Of a stretch of 41,947 nt of DNA, positions 12,183 to 22,570 are shown in pieces. The stretch covers positions 100,279,493 through 100,321,439 of the forward strand of contig NC_068982.1 of assembly GCF_001194135.2 (NCBI RefSeq). Reading direction: 5' to 3'. The stretch comes from Octopus bimaculoides. Its lineage: Eukaryota. The translations under genes and the position numbers were made by a program. Numbering within the stretch: the stretch's first letter is position 1; the number at the start of each line of letters is the position of its first letter. Under the pieces are notes generated by a model that ran no database searches, was not told the DNA's origin, and saw nothing but the letters and a program-made list of their open reading frames with translations.

Positions 12183-12279
12183 TGCAATAACGTGCTCCTG
12201 AGCAGGTTCAAGGAGAACAACTCCCGACTTCCGGTTTTCAATCCATGTCGCTTCCTGTCGGTGGCTTGGTAGCAGCGCA
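12183..12279. promoter_or_regulatory. Shared bidirectional promoter plus both 5' UTRs (97 bp between the MRPL35 and IMMT start codons)
   Basis: Divergent ATGs at 12182 (-) and 12280 (+). About 8 CpGs in 12140-12310 against a CpG-poor background. The TSS positions are unknown. Confidence 0.85.
12227..12234 (-). promoter_or_regulatory. ETS/GABP(NRF-2)-type motif CCGGAAGT; a second ETS core, CAGGAAG, at 12251-12257
   Basis: Exact consensus match (ACTTCCGG on +), centred between the two start codons. Confidence 0.65.
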
Positions 12280-12318
12280 ATGTGGAAATCAAGTCGGGGT
12301 GTTTCAGCAAGATTAAGG
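12280..12318 (+). CDS. IMMT: MICOS subunit MIC60 (mitofilin), exon 1 (MWKSSRGVSARLR)
   Basis: gcaATGT start and donor AGG|gtagga. Phase 0 fits exon 2. The Arg/Ser-rich, acid-free peptide continues the presequence. Identified by splice logic and composition, not by strong homology. Confidence 0.82.
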
Positions 12319-13499
12319 GTAGGAATTTCCACTGAACTTTCATTTTAAAGGAATTATTATCGATTCCCAAATACATTTATAATATTACATACTCTGTTAT
12401 TCCACGCTATCTCTTCATTTACTTTACTTTTCCCTTCACTTAATTCGACCTTCATACCCTCATTCCGTATCACCTTTCTGTGATCTTCATTATAATATTT
12501 TTTTATGTACTTTTAACTGTCTTTGCTTACAGTATTATTAAAAATATAGATTAATTCAGACCTGAGCACTTTTTTTTATTTCCTTTTTGGCAGCAGTTAA
12601 TTAATAAATTATTAATTGACTTTTACTTTCTGAGTATACTATTTTAGTCAATCGACTATATTTGTAATGATTACTTTGATGACAAATTATTTAGTCGCTA
12701 TTTAAGAAAATCTTTGACATTTTACAGAACATTAACTCATAGAAAATAAATGTTAAAACTATTTAATTTTTATGTTCATTTTTAACTTTGAAAATAGATT
12801 ACAAGTTCACCGACCAATTGTTGCAAGGTGAAGCTTTTGGATAATAGATTTTGCTCCGTTTTATTAACAATAAAAAATAAATGTTATAAAATCACAGTAA
12901 GAACAAGACACATTTATAAAAACAAAATTATAAAATATAAATATAATTTTTTACATTCAACTGTTACAATTTTATATCACCCCCACCAATCATACGTTTG
13001 TAAAAGCATGATGTTAAATATTTAATAAATAGATCCCGTTAAAAATAAATCTATATAAAGGACATCAACCCTTGTTTCTTGCATGGCAAAATTCACTTTC
13101 CTTGTTTGGTCTATGACAACTGTGACTATTTATTTATTTATTTCCAATACATTAATGGGCTATCTTCGGTAAGCATTTTCATATTCGTACTCTTACTCGG
13201 GATATCCAAGATATATCCCCACCCGCAAATGTTATAGCTTCATTAATAGTCCTGCTGGTATATGCAGTGAAAACCAAAGACCGCCTAATAATGAGATTAT
13301 GGTAAAGTGCTCACGTGTATTTTTGAAGACTGTAAATTTGGCTGGTATTTTTAGTAGGTCGACCGAGGTTTCCTGGTTGTTTTCTGGAAACGAATTTGTA
13401 GAATCCGGTGATTGAATTGACCGTAGTATTTTACTAGTATAAATTCATGAGATTCCTGATATGATGTGCTACCAGTTGTTAGAAACCACACCTAAAATA

Positions 13500-13690
13500 A
13501 TAGTTTCTAACACAGACACAAAGCCAAAAGTATATTGAGAGGAGGGTGTTAGTCATTTAACTCGACCCCACTATTTGAGTGGTACTTCTTTTTATTGCCC
13601 CCTGAAAGATGAAAGGCAAAGTTTGAACTCAGAACGTAAAACGCCAAAACAACTACCACCAAGCATTTTGTCTAAAGGTCTTACGGCTTT
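13500..13690 (-). mobile_element. tRNA-derived SINE (Meta-like family), antisense
   Basis: gtggtacttcttttattgcccctgaaagatgaaaggcaaagtttgaactcagaacgt is the reverse complement of the 23980 family. Confidence 0.75.
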
Positions 13691-13802
13691 GTCTATACTC
13701 CACCGTCTTTATCATGTTCTAAATTATGACATATCGTTTAACATGCTGAAGTACAAAATTAAAATATTGTTTGTTATAACAAGTCTTTTCCCCTTCTCTG
13801 TA

Positions 13803-13990
13803 TCAATCATCATCATCGTTTAATGTCCGTCTTCCATGCTGGCATGGGTTGGACGGTTTTACAGGAGCTAGGCAGGCAGGAACCTGCACCAGACTCCTGT
13901 GTCTGTTTTGACATGGGTTTTATAGCTGGATGCCCTTCCTAACACCAAGCACCCAACAGAGTGGACAAAGTGCTTTTTACATGGCGCAAG
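13803..13990 (-). mobile_element. RTE-tail SINE-like element
   Basis: catcatcatcgtttaatgtccg...gctggatgcccttcctaacacc. Confidence 0.8.
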
Positions 13991-14065
13991 CAGTAAAATG
14001 CCATCTCTGTTTATAGACTGGATAGTAAAAGTGTAAGATTTATCAATTTTGGCATCATTGTTTAA

Positions 14066-14283
14066 CCCTTTAGCATTCAGATTAATCTGTCATACGTAAA
14101 GCCTGTTTAATTACATTGTTTTAAATTAATTGTACAGCATCTTGTATCTGAGATTTTGATGATGTCCCTGTTTATTTTTAGAATGACTTTGTAGGGTAGG
14201 TGTGAGAGGTCAGAGCTGGCTGATTTGAGCATAAAACAAGAAGACAATTTTAGCCTGATATGGCCGGTTTAAACACTATGGGG
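14066..14283 (+). mobile_element. piggyBac-type MITE, copy 2
   Basis: TTAA|CCCTTTAGCATT...ACACTATGGGG|TTAA, 218 bp. Confidence 0.8.
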
Positions 14284-14331
14284 TTAAGCCACATCATATC
14301 AAGACCAGGTTGCTCTGCTTCAGTAGTTTAA

Positions 14332-14551
14332 CCATTTAGCATTTCAATTACTCTGTCAAATGTAATGCTTAAATATTCACATAGTTTTGGTTTAATCATG
14401 CATTTTCTCATTAGTTTCATGATTTCGATGATGTGATTGTTTATTTTTAGAACGACTTTTCAGAGTAGGTGTAAGAGGCTGGATCTGGCCAGCATAAACA
14501 TAAAACGGGTAGAATATTGGGGCCCGATATGACTGGTTAAATGCTGGAGGG
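14332..14551 (+). mobile_element. piggyBac-type MITE, copy 3
   Basis: TTAA|CCATTTAGCATT...AATGCTGGAGGG|TTA. The interior is homologous to copy 2. Confidence 0.75.
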
Positions 14552-15129
14552 TTATTTTAATTATAGATTCTTATCCCACTTAGGAAAAGGAGATGATTTA
14601 ATACAAATGGGTGAAATTTCATTTATAAAACCTCTTGAGGACAAGATAAACACAAACATATCTCTACTGTAAGCTATAGTTGTTCCCTAAAGTTGGTAGT
14701 TACCTCTGGATTTCATAATATTAAATGGTTGATTGATATATTTCTCTCTGATTAGGATCTGAGATACTGAAATACAGATTTGTAACCATTTAAACTAAGG
14801 CATTTTGAATGAAGTGTTTTCTGATCCATGACTGTTTTGTCTCAGATGTACCAATATTGATAACAAAAATTAGAATTTGAGAAAGAAAAAAAAAGAACCA
14901 GAGAAAAAAAAAACAATTTTGTAAAATTAGTTTGCATGCTGTGAAATAAAGTGAGTTTATGGCCCAAACAGGGCCATAAAATTTTTGTTATAGTCACAAA
15001 GTTATAGTTTTTTGCCATAGTCAGAGGCATAGCATTTATTTTAAGTGGCTTTGTTCAGAGACAGAGGTTTTCAAGTATTGGTATTTGTGTATTTCAATAT
15101 GTCTTAGTAGTGTAGTTGCTGTCTCTGTT

Positions 15130-15478
15130 GCTGTTGCCATGTGGGGTATAAGTTCAAAGAGTTTAGTTGAACAAATTGATCCCAGGCCTTATTTTTTAAA
15201 GTCTGGTACTTATTCTTTTTGTCTTTTTTGCATAACTGCTAAGTTAGAGGTATGTAAACAAACCAACACCGCCTGTCAAGCATTGGTGGGTGAGTGGCAA
15301 GCACACACACACACACACACACATGTATGAAGATCATTTAGTTATATATTTTTATCTACCTAATTGACTCACAAAGTCCAGGACTATAATAAAGATACTT
15401 GCCCAAGGTACTGTATAGTGGGACTGAACCTGAAACCATGTAGTTGCAAAGCAAGCTTATTAACCATTCAGCCATATC
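15130..15478 (-). mobile_element. tRNA-derived SINE with long tail
   Basis: Reverse complement of the 8765/25638 family, including cttgcccaaggt..gggactgaacc. Confidence 0.8.
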
Positions 15479-16197
15479 TTTAGAATATTGAAAATTTTTG
15501 ACTTACAAACCTTTTCTGCATTGGTATGTCATGAAAGTTTGGAGAATTTTATATGTTTTTGTTACATGGACAAGTTTTGTATTTCTGTTTCATAATTTAA
15601 AACCATGAGCACTTGTTTTTGTAATTTTTTGAATTTGATACAGTTTGACATATGACTTCCCCAATGTTTAACTTCTGGTTTTTATAGGAATAACTGCTTC
15701 TATCTATTAGCATGCTTTTTTCTGCTAGAAAGACAAAAAAAAAAAATGCTAATCTTTCAAAAATGTTTATACCTTTCATTGTCCATTTGAAATTCAAATT
15801 ATACCCTTATTCTTTTAGTATCTAATAAAAATGGTTTTGTCTTTTGTAGTGTGGAAACATCTATAGATTTTATCTCCAAAGGGTTAAATATTCAATTTCT
15901 ATTTTTCATCAATACAGAGATATCTAAATTTCCAAACTAAAAAATGTAAGGGAAAGACAGAACAATGTTGCTATTTATTTGAAAAATTAGGTTACACAAA
16001 ATTAAGTCTTACGTTTTGAGTAAACATTATAATTTCATTACAAAGAGCAATTTAGTATTAATTTCTTGATTAAGTGTATTTTTATCAGTTGCTTCATCTG
16101 TTTGTATTTCATATAATGTTTGTAGTATTTATTACTTAGCCAAATCTTTCAACTTTAATAGAAAGTCTCTTTTATTTTTGTGTTATTTAAATTTCAG

Positions 16198-16286
16198 CGC
16201 TGTTGTGTTGCTAAGTACCAGCAGGCCTTAATACACTCAAGAAGAAAGCTGTCAACACAAGCACCAGATTCTAGATCCTCTTTCAA
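16198..16286 (+). CDS. IMMT: MIC60 exon 2 (RCCVAKYQQALIHSRRKLSTQAPDSRSSFK)
   Basis: tttcag| acceptor and AA|gtgagt donor, phase 0 to 2. RRKLST resembles a presequence cleavage region (human RRYST). Confidence 0.88.
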
Positions 16287-17084
16287 GTGAGTTCAGATTT
16301 TATACTTTAAAATGGAATATTTTCAGATCAGTCATAATAGTAATTATGTGTTGTATATTGAACTGTAATTAGTTTGAATATTTAAGTAGTTTTCTTCACA
16401 ACCATATGGTTGGTACAAACAAAATCTATAGAAGCCTCTATGTGTGTGTGCTTTGCATCTGTATTGAAGAGAATAATGTTATAGCTAGCAACTAAACTAC
16501 ACTCAGCTATATTTCTCTGTTAATTAATAAATATATAAATAACATACTATAAATATTAGAATAAATTCATAGAAGACTCATAAAGCATCAATCTTTTCCT
16601 TTTAATTCTATGTGTTTGATGTCTCACTTCACTACCATCTATTAATTTTATTCTGTCTTATTTCTTAAACTTTAAATATTTAAATCCTTCTAAAACTTCT
16701 TCCTCACGTGCACTTCTAACTTTTGACTTGTAATAATTCAGTCTGATTATCAACCGCATTAACTTTACCCATTTGCCATATATTCTAGTCTTTGACCAAC
16801 CAGGTGAAGCCTAAGAAAATAAGTTATCAATAGATGACAAATTCTGGCATGGTTAACTTTGTATATATTTGAAGGCCAACTACTAATCAATCTGTCCTGG
16901 CTGAGGTGCTTGTAAAAACGCTGTAACTTCAAGTTATATTGTTATTCTTGATTTATTTATCTACCAAAATTACTGTGCCATTTATTGTTAATTTTACATG
17001 AAGTTTCAGAGGTTTTAATTACTTTTTAAATAAAACCCTATCATTTTGCTTACCACAACACTTGTTTTTTATTTCTTTTTATAG

Positions 17085-17273
17085 ACTTGGTAAATGGATC
17101 TTAGGGACTGGCTTAACAGGTTTCACTGGTGTCATTGGTTATGCTTGGTATGATCCTTCGGTGAAGAATGCTATTGAACAAAACATTCCCTATTCCAAAG
17201 AGGCCTTGAAACCAATCTTTGATATGTTGCCTGAAAAAGTTACTCTTCCTTCACTGCCTCCCTATATAAAGCA
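17085..17273 (+). CDS. IMMT: MIC60 exon 3 (transmembrane anchor, LGKWILGTGLTGFTGVIGYAWYDPSVKNAIEQNIPYS)
   Basis: Matches the mitofilin TM plus D..F/V...E..IPYS motif. Acceptor ttttatag|. Donor CA|gtagtg is the only one that keeps frame with exon 4. Confidence 0.9.
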
Positions 17274-17804
17274 GTAGTGTGTATACTTATTGTTTCTTCT
17301 CCATTCTTTATTTTTGTTTTGTTTATTAAAATCTTTGTTTTTAATTAGTGTTATGTAATTGAGTACTGCATTGTTTTTTTTGAATTGTGGTGAAAGCAAC
17401 AACAGCACTATCAACTAAAATTTATGTTAAATGTTCATAATTTCTGTAAATGTAATAAAGATTTGGTAATAGTTGTTCACTTTCTGAAATATTGTTAAAT
17501 AAATGAAATATAATTTTCTTGTTTTAAGTTGTTTGCTGTTGTTGTTGGTTTGCGCTCTAGAGCAGTAATTCAACTAATTTATATCTACTATACATTGCCA
17601 ATGAAAAGAAAAAATGTCTCATAAAAATGCTAGTTAACTCTAGAGTCATTAGAGTTGATGAGATATAAATTTCTCTTAAGATAGGACATCAGTGTCTTTC
17701 AGATTTTCAAAATTGATGGGTAAACTAAGTGCCCTGTCCAGTACTATCAATATATATTTTATTATAGTTACAGCTTTGTTCATCTTCATATCTGATGTTT
17801 TTAG

Positions 17805-17865
17805 TTTACCATGGTCAACAAAAGAAGAACCTGCACCACAAGAAGCCCCAAAACCTGTGAAAAAG
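17805..17865 (+). CDS. IMMT: MIC60 exon 4 (LPWSTKEEPAPQEAPKPVKK)
   Basis: tttttag| acceptor and AAG|gtaagg donor, phase 2 to 0. Confidence 0.82.
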
Positions 17866-18237
17866 GTAAGGGTTTACTTATATTATTTTGTTTTTGTTTA
17901 TCATTTTACAGGCACCCTAAAAGTATCAAGAATGCAATGTCTAGCTGTAGATAGCTCTTGAATTACACTATTTACAAAATAAAGTGTTTCTTGTCCTGTT
18001 ATTTTCAGAAGCATTTAGTTAACTTCAAAGCGATTATGTATTCAGTTCTTTGGATCATTGTTTAGTGTCATATCAGGTTTCTTTTTCTTTTTATAAGTAA
18101 CTCTCTACAGCTTCCAAAAACCAGTGTCAAATTATTGCTGTCAAATTAAGCTGATGTTTTGTTACCATCTTTGGTAGAGTTAATAACAGATACTTCGAGA
18201 ACTCCCAGTCATCACCATGTTAAATATTTTTATTTGT

Positions 18238-19215
18238 ATCATCATTATTTAATGTCCATTTTTCCATGCTTGAGTGAATCAGACAGAATTTGTTGAGGCA
18301 GGTTTTTGGTGGCTGGATGCCCTTCCTGTCACCAACTCTGACTTGTTTCCAAGCAAGGTGATATTTTCCCATAGCTACACATGTTTTTCACAGCAGACTG
18401 GAAATGAATAACCTTACTTGTATGATAGTCATGCTCATTTACAACCCTCATGTGATATCTAGTCATGAGTACACACAAACACACACACACATGGTTTCTT
18501 TCAGTTTCCATCTACCAAATCCACTCACAGGTTTTTCTATAATAAAAGACACTTGCCTAAGGTGCTGTGCAGTGGGATTCTTCTCAACCACACAGCTATC
18601 ATTGTGTATAGTGCCAAAACAAGCTGAAAATTTTAATTGAGAGCTGAAATGTTGTCTAAGACTAAATCTTCAAAGACATATCATTGAACAGTGTTTATTA
18701 TAATCTCTCATCCACACTTTTAATAATAGTAAAATGTCATCTGATACTTTAAACATTACCCTTCTTAAGGAATTTAAACATTTCATTAGATAACTTGTTT
18801 ACAGCTCAGAATATGTTCAGAGTTTTTGTAGAATCGCACCAGTTCATGATTCTAAATATTTCGAATGGTTTTGGCTGGTTGTGTGGTTAGAAGCTTACTT
18901 CTCAACCACATGCTTCTGGGTCCAGTTCGACTGCATGACACTTTGGGCAAGTACTTTCTACTATATCCCTGGTCTGATCATAGTCTTGTGAATGGATTTG
19001 GTAGATGGTAAATTGAAAGAAGCTCATCATATATATGTGTGTGTATGTGTGCATCTCTTTGTATATGTCCCCGTAACCTAGTGGTTTGGCAAACGAGATT
19101 GATAGAATAATTACCAGGCTTTAAAAAAAGCACTGGGTCTATTTGACTGAAAAAACCCTTCAAGGCAGTGCCCCAGTATGGCCACAGTTCAATGATTAAA
19201 ACAAGTAAAAGATAA
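18238..19215. mobile_element. SINE-like cluster (RTE-tail variant 18238-18480 -, SINE 18480-18600 -, SINE 18878-19215 +)
   Basis: Shared family motifs as above. Confidence 0.75.
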
Positions 19216-19322
19216 ATGTTGAAGTAGCTCTCCTGTAAAAATAACTGCTTTTTATTTATTCATTTAAAGTTCTGTTGAATGTATGTTGGTTTTGAACTGG
19301 AGGCATTTTTTTTCTCTTTCAG

Positions 19323-19362
19323 ATCCTTAAATTACCTGATCCTGAAGAAATAAAGAAAAAAG
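19323..19362 (+). CDS. IMMT: MIC60 exon 5 (ILKLPDPEEIKKK), 40-nt micro-exon
   Basis: tttttttctctttcag| acceptor and G|gtaaat donor. Needed to convert phase 0 to 1. Confidence 0.82.
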
Positions 19363-19974
19363 GTAAATGCATTGATTTATTGATCTTAAGTAACCAATAT
19401 GTTTAGCAGTAGTTTGGCAGATTTGGTAGAGCAACTGACAAAGTGCCATGTAGTATTTAGTTATGTTTTATTATCTGAGTTCAAATACTGACAGTTGACT
19501 AAGCATTGTATTCCCAAAAAACAGACAGTCATCATCATCATTTAACGTCCGTTTTCCATGTTGGCACTTGTTAGATGGTTTGACTTGAGCTGGTAAGACG
19601 GAGAGCTGTACTAGGGTCCAGTCGTCTGTTTTAGCTTGGTTTCTACAATTGGGTGCCCTTCCTAATACCAATCACTCTACACAGTGTACTGGGTGTCTTT
19701 TACATGTCACCAGCAAAGAGGCCCTTTTATGTGTCACCAGCACTGGCCAAAAGACAATTTACTTGTTAGCTCTGTGTATTGCTAAAGTATACCTTGGAGG
19801 ACTTGAAGTCATGTGGCTTGACTTATGAATTCAGGTAAGAATGGGCAAGAATTGTGCTTTGGCTGACCCTCCCCACATCTATTGATATTAACAATGAAAC
19901 TAAATATTATTAGAATAGTAAAGATGTTAATCATTAATGTATATTTATCAGTGTTGTATTCTCATGACTTTCAG

Positions 19975-20166
19975 AAGCTGCCGAGAAAAAGTTAGCAATG
20001 GCTAAAAAAGCCGAAGAAGAAAAGAGATTAGAAACTGAAAAAGAATTGAAGAAGAAGAAAGAGGCAGCAAAACACGAAGAAAGAGCTTTGGAAACTGCCA
20101 GACAGAAAGCTGAAGTGGAACGTCAGTTGAAGGAGAAACAAGCTGTAGAGGCTGCAGAAAATGAAG
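19975..20166 (+). CDS. IMMT: MIC60 exon 6 (E/K/A-rich coiled coil)
   Basis: tttcag| acceptor and G|gtacag donor, phase 1 to 1. EAAEKKLAMAKKAEEEKRLETEKELKKK. Confidence 0.88.
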
Positions 20167-20830
20167 GTACAGTTATTTTCTCTTCCATATTTTTTTTGTC
20201 CCTTAGCTGAATTGTTAACAATTACCAGAAACATACGACCAAGGGACATAACTTATGCTATCTACACCAAAAGCTTAGTGTCTCAGTACATGGTAGAGTG
20301 AGATAAACCAACCCAATGTATTATAATACATATGCAGTGATAGGAACTCAGTGATTATTTTAATTTGATCAGTAATTAATTTACCAAATATATTCTAGCA
20401 CTTTAGGTAAATATATTTTACTGTATCCTTGGGTTGATCAATAAATGTGCGTGCGTGTGCTTGTGTTTGTGTGTGTGGGGATGTGTGTGGTTCCATAACT
20501 ATAGGTCTATAAAATAAGTATGAGACTTGAATAAGTTCTAGGGTCAATAAGATTGACTAAAACATTTGAAAGCAGTGCCTCCGGATATTTGCAGCCTAAT
20601 AACTAATACCAGTTAAAGAATAGATACATACACTTGTATATACATAAACATAAATACATGTACATTAGGTACAGACTGTGAATATGCACTCTGGGTACAT
20701 ACTAAACTTCCCCATCCATGATACTACTTGTATTACTAACAATAATTTACAACTATCACATGATGTAAAGATAAGGTGACACAAACATACACATACTCAC
20801 ACACATATATACATGTATACATGCTTATGT

Positions 20831-21250
20831 ACTGGTGCCATGTAAAAAGCACCCACTATACTCTGTAAAGTAGTTGGTGTTAGGAAGGGCATCCAACTGT
20901 AGAAACGAGCCAAAACAGACAATTGGTGCCTGGTGCAGTGCTCTGACTTGTCAGCTTCTGTCAAAATGTCCAACCCATGTCATTATAGAAGGCGGATGTT
21001 AAATGATGTTGATCATCATATTCATCGTCGTTTAACGTCCGTTTTCAATGCTGGCATGGGTTGGATGGTTTGACTGAGGACTGGCAAGCCAGGAGGCTGT
21101 ACCAATCTCTAATCTGATTTGGCAAGGTTTCTACACCTGGATGCCCTTCCTAACACCAACTACTTGGAGAGTGTAGTGGGTACTTTTTATGTGCCAGTCA
21201 GGTGGCACTGGCATCAGTCGCGCTTGAATGGTGCTTTTTACATGCTACTG
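20831..21250. mobile_element. Tail-to-tail pair of RTE-tail SINE-like elements (+ 20831-21012, - 21013-21250)
   Basis: ...ggatgttaaatgatgttgat is followed directly by catcat..cgtttaacgtccg. Confidence 0.85.
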
Positions 21251-21659
21251 GCATGGGATGCTTCTTTCAGTTTCTGCCTATCAAATCCACTTACTAGGCT
21301 TTGGTAAGTTTGGAGCTTTGGTAGAAGACACTTGTGCAATATGTATGAATATATACACATACACACAGCCATATGCACACACACACACACACACACTCAC
21401 ATGCACACATGTGAGAGAGAACATGATGGAAGTCTGCTTATATCTGACAGACTAATGCCCTACATTTTAGAAAAGTTGCAGTAGATGGGTGTATCTCTGT
21501 AAATAATTGAAATATTTGACATTTTTTATTGTATACTCTCTACTCTATTTTAATATTTTTAGTCTATAATTGCTTACATTTTCATTATTATTTTTGGTTA
21601 ACATTGGGCCAACCAAAGCCTTGTGAGTGGATTTGGTAGATGGAAGTTGATGATTGTTT

Positions 21660-21946
21660 GTGTTTCCCTGTTTTGATGGCAGTTGTGAATGAGTGTCACT
21701 GTTATACTAGCAGTATTGTTTATTTTCAGTATTCTGCACAACATGTCTAACCATGGGGGAAATATTACCTTGCTTAGGAACAGGTGTAGGTTGGCTACAG
21801 GAAGGGCATCTGGCTGTAGAAAATTTGTGTAGGCATGGGAAAATGAACACTGAAATTATTCTTTTATTCTTTTACTTGTTTCAGTCATTTGATTGTGGCC
21901 ATGCTGGATCACTACCTTTAGTTGAACAACTCTGTAAAAACATACA

Positions 21947-21978
<32 letters not shown>

Positions 21979-22570
21979 TACGGTAGGCTTCTTTCAGTTT
22001 ATGTCTACCAAATCCTCTCACAAGGTTTTGGTCGGCCCGAGGCTATAGTAGAAGACACTCTCTGAGTGGTTGGCATTAGGAAGGGCATCCAGCTGTAGAA
22101 ACTCTGCCAAATTAGATTGGAGCCTGGTGTTGCCATCCGGTTTCACAAGTCCTCAGTCAAATCGTCCAACCCATGCTAGCATGGAAAGCGGACGTTAAAC
22201 GATGATGATGATGATGATGAACTCTACCCCAAAACTCATTCTTTGTAAGCCTAGTACTTATGCTGTCAGTCTCTTTTGCCAAACTGCTAAGTTGTGGGGA
22301 CGTGGACACACCAACATCGGTTGTCAAGTGATGTTGGGGGAACAACACAGACACACAAATACACGCACACATACACTCTCTCTCTCACACACACACACAC
22401 ACATACGGTAGACTTCTTTCAGTTTCTGTCTACCAAATCCTCTCACAAGGTTTTGGTCGGCCCGAGGCTATAGTAGAAGACACTTGTCCAAGGTGCCACA
22501 CAGTGGGACTGAACCTGGAACTATGTGGTTGGGAAGCAAGCTTCTTACTACACGGCCACTCCTGCACCTA
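21660..22570. mobile_element. Nested SINE cluster, including a young RTE-tail copy (22060-22220 +) and a tRNA SINE (22240-22570 -)
   Basis: Family motifs. A direct duplication, 21941-22059 and 22370-22484, is also present. Confidence 0.8.

Noticed and set aside
11991-12332. 113-aa minus-strand ORF spanning the promoter, in frame with MRPL35 exon 1
   Set aside because: It starts at GTG inside MIC60 intron 1 and reads through a consensus donor into intron. Only MACVRQGFR is supported, and an N-terminal extension would bury the presequence.
13144-13175. ATGGGCTATCTTCG|gtaagc as an alternative MIC60 first exon
   Set aside because: It would end in phase 2, while exon 2 needs phase 0, and it encodes no presequence. 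It could only be non-coding or unproductive.
13477-13512. Perfect 10-bp inverted repeat TGTTAGAAAC..GTTTCTAACA
   Set aside because: Short and AT-rich, and one arm overlaps the end of a SINE. Likely chance.
17692-17804. Hydrophobic 5' part of ORF 17692-17961 as a second TM segment
   Set aside because: It is intronic. The upstream AGs at 17767 and 17773 are phase 1, incompatible with the phase-2 exon 3 donor.
18091-18150. Acceptor-like ctctctacag followed by LPKTSVKLLLSN as an extra MIC60 exon
   Set aside because: There is an in-frame TAA before any donor, and the exon chain is complete without it.
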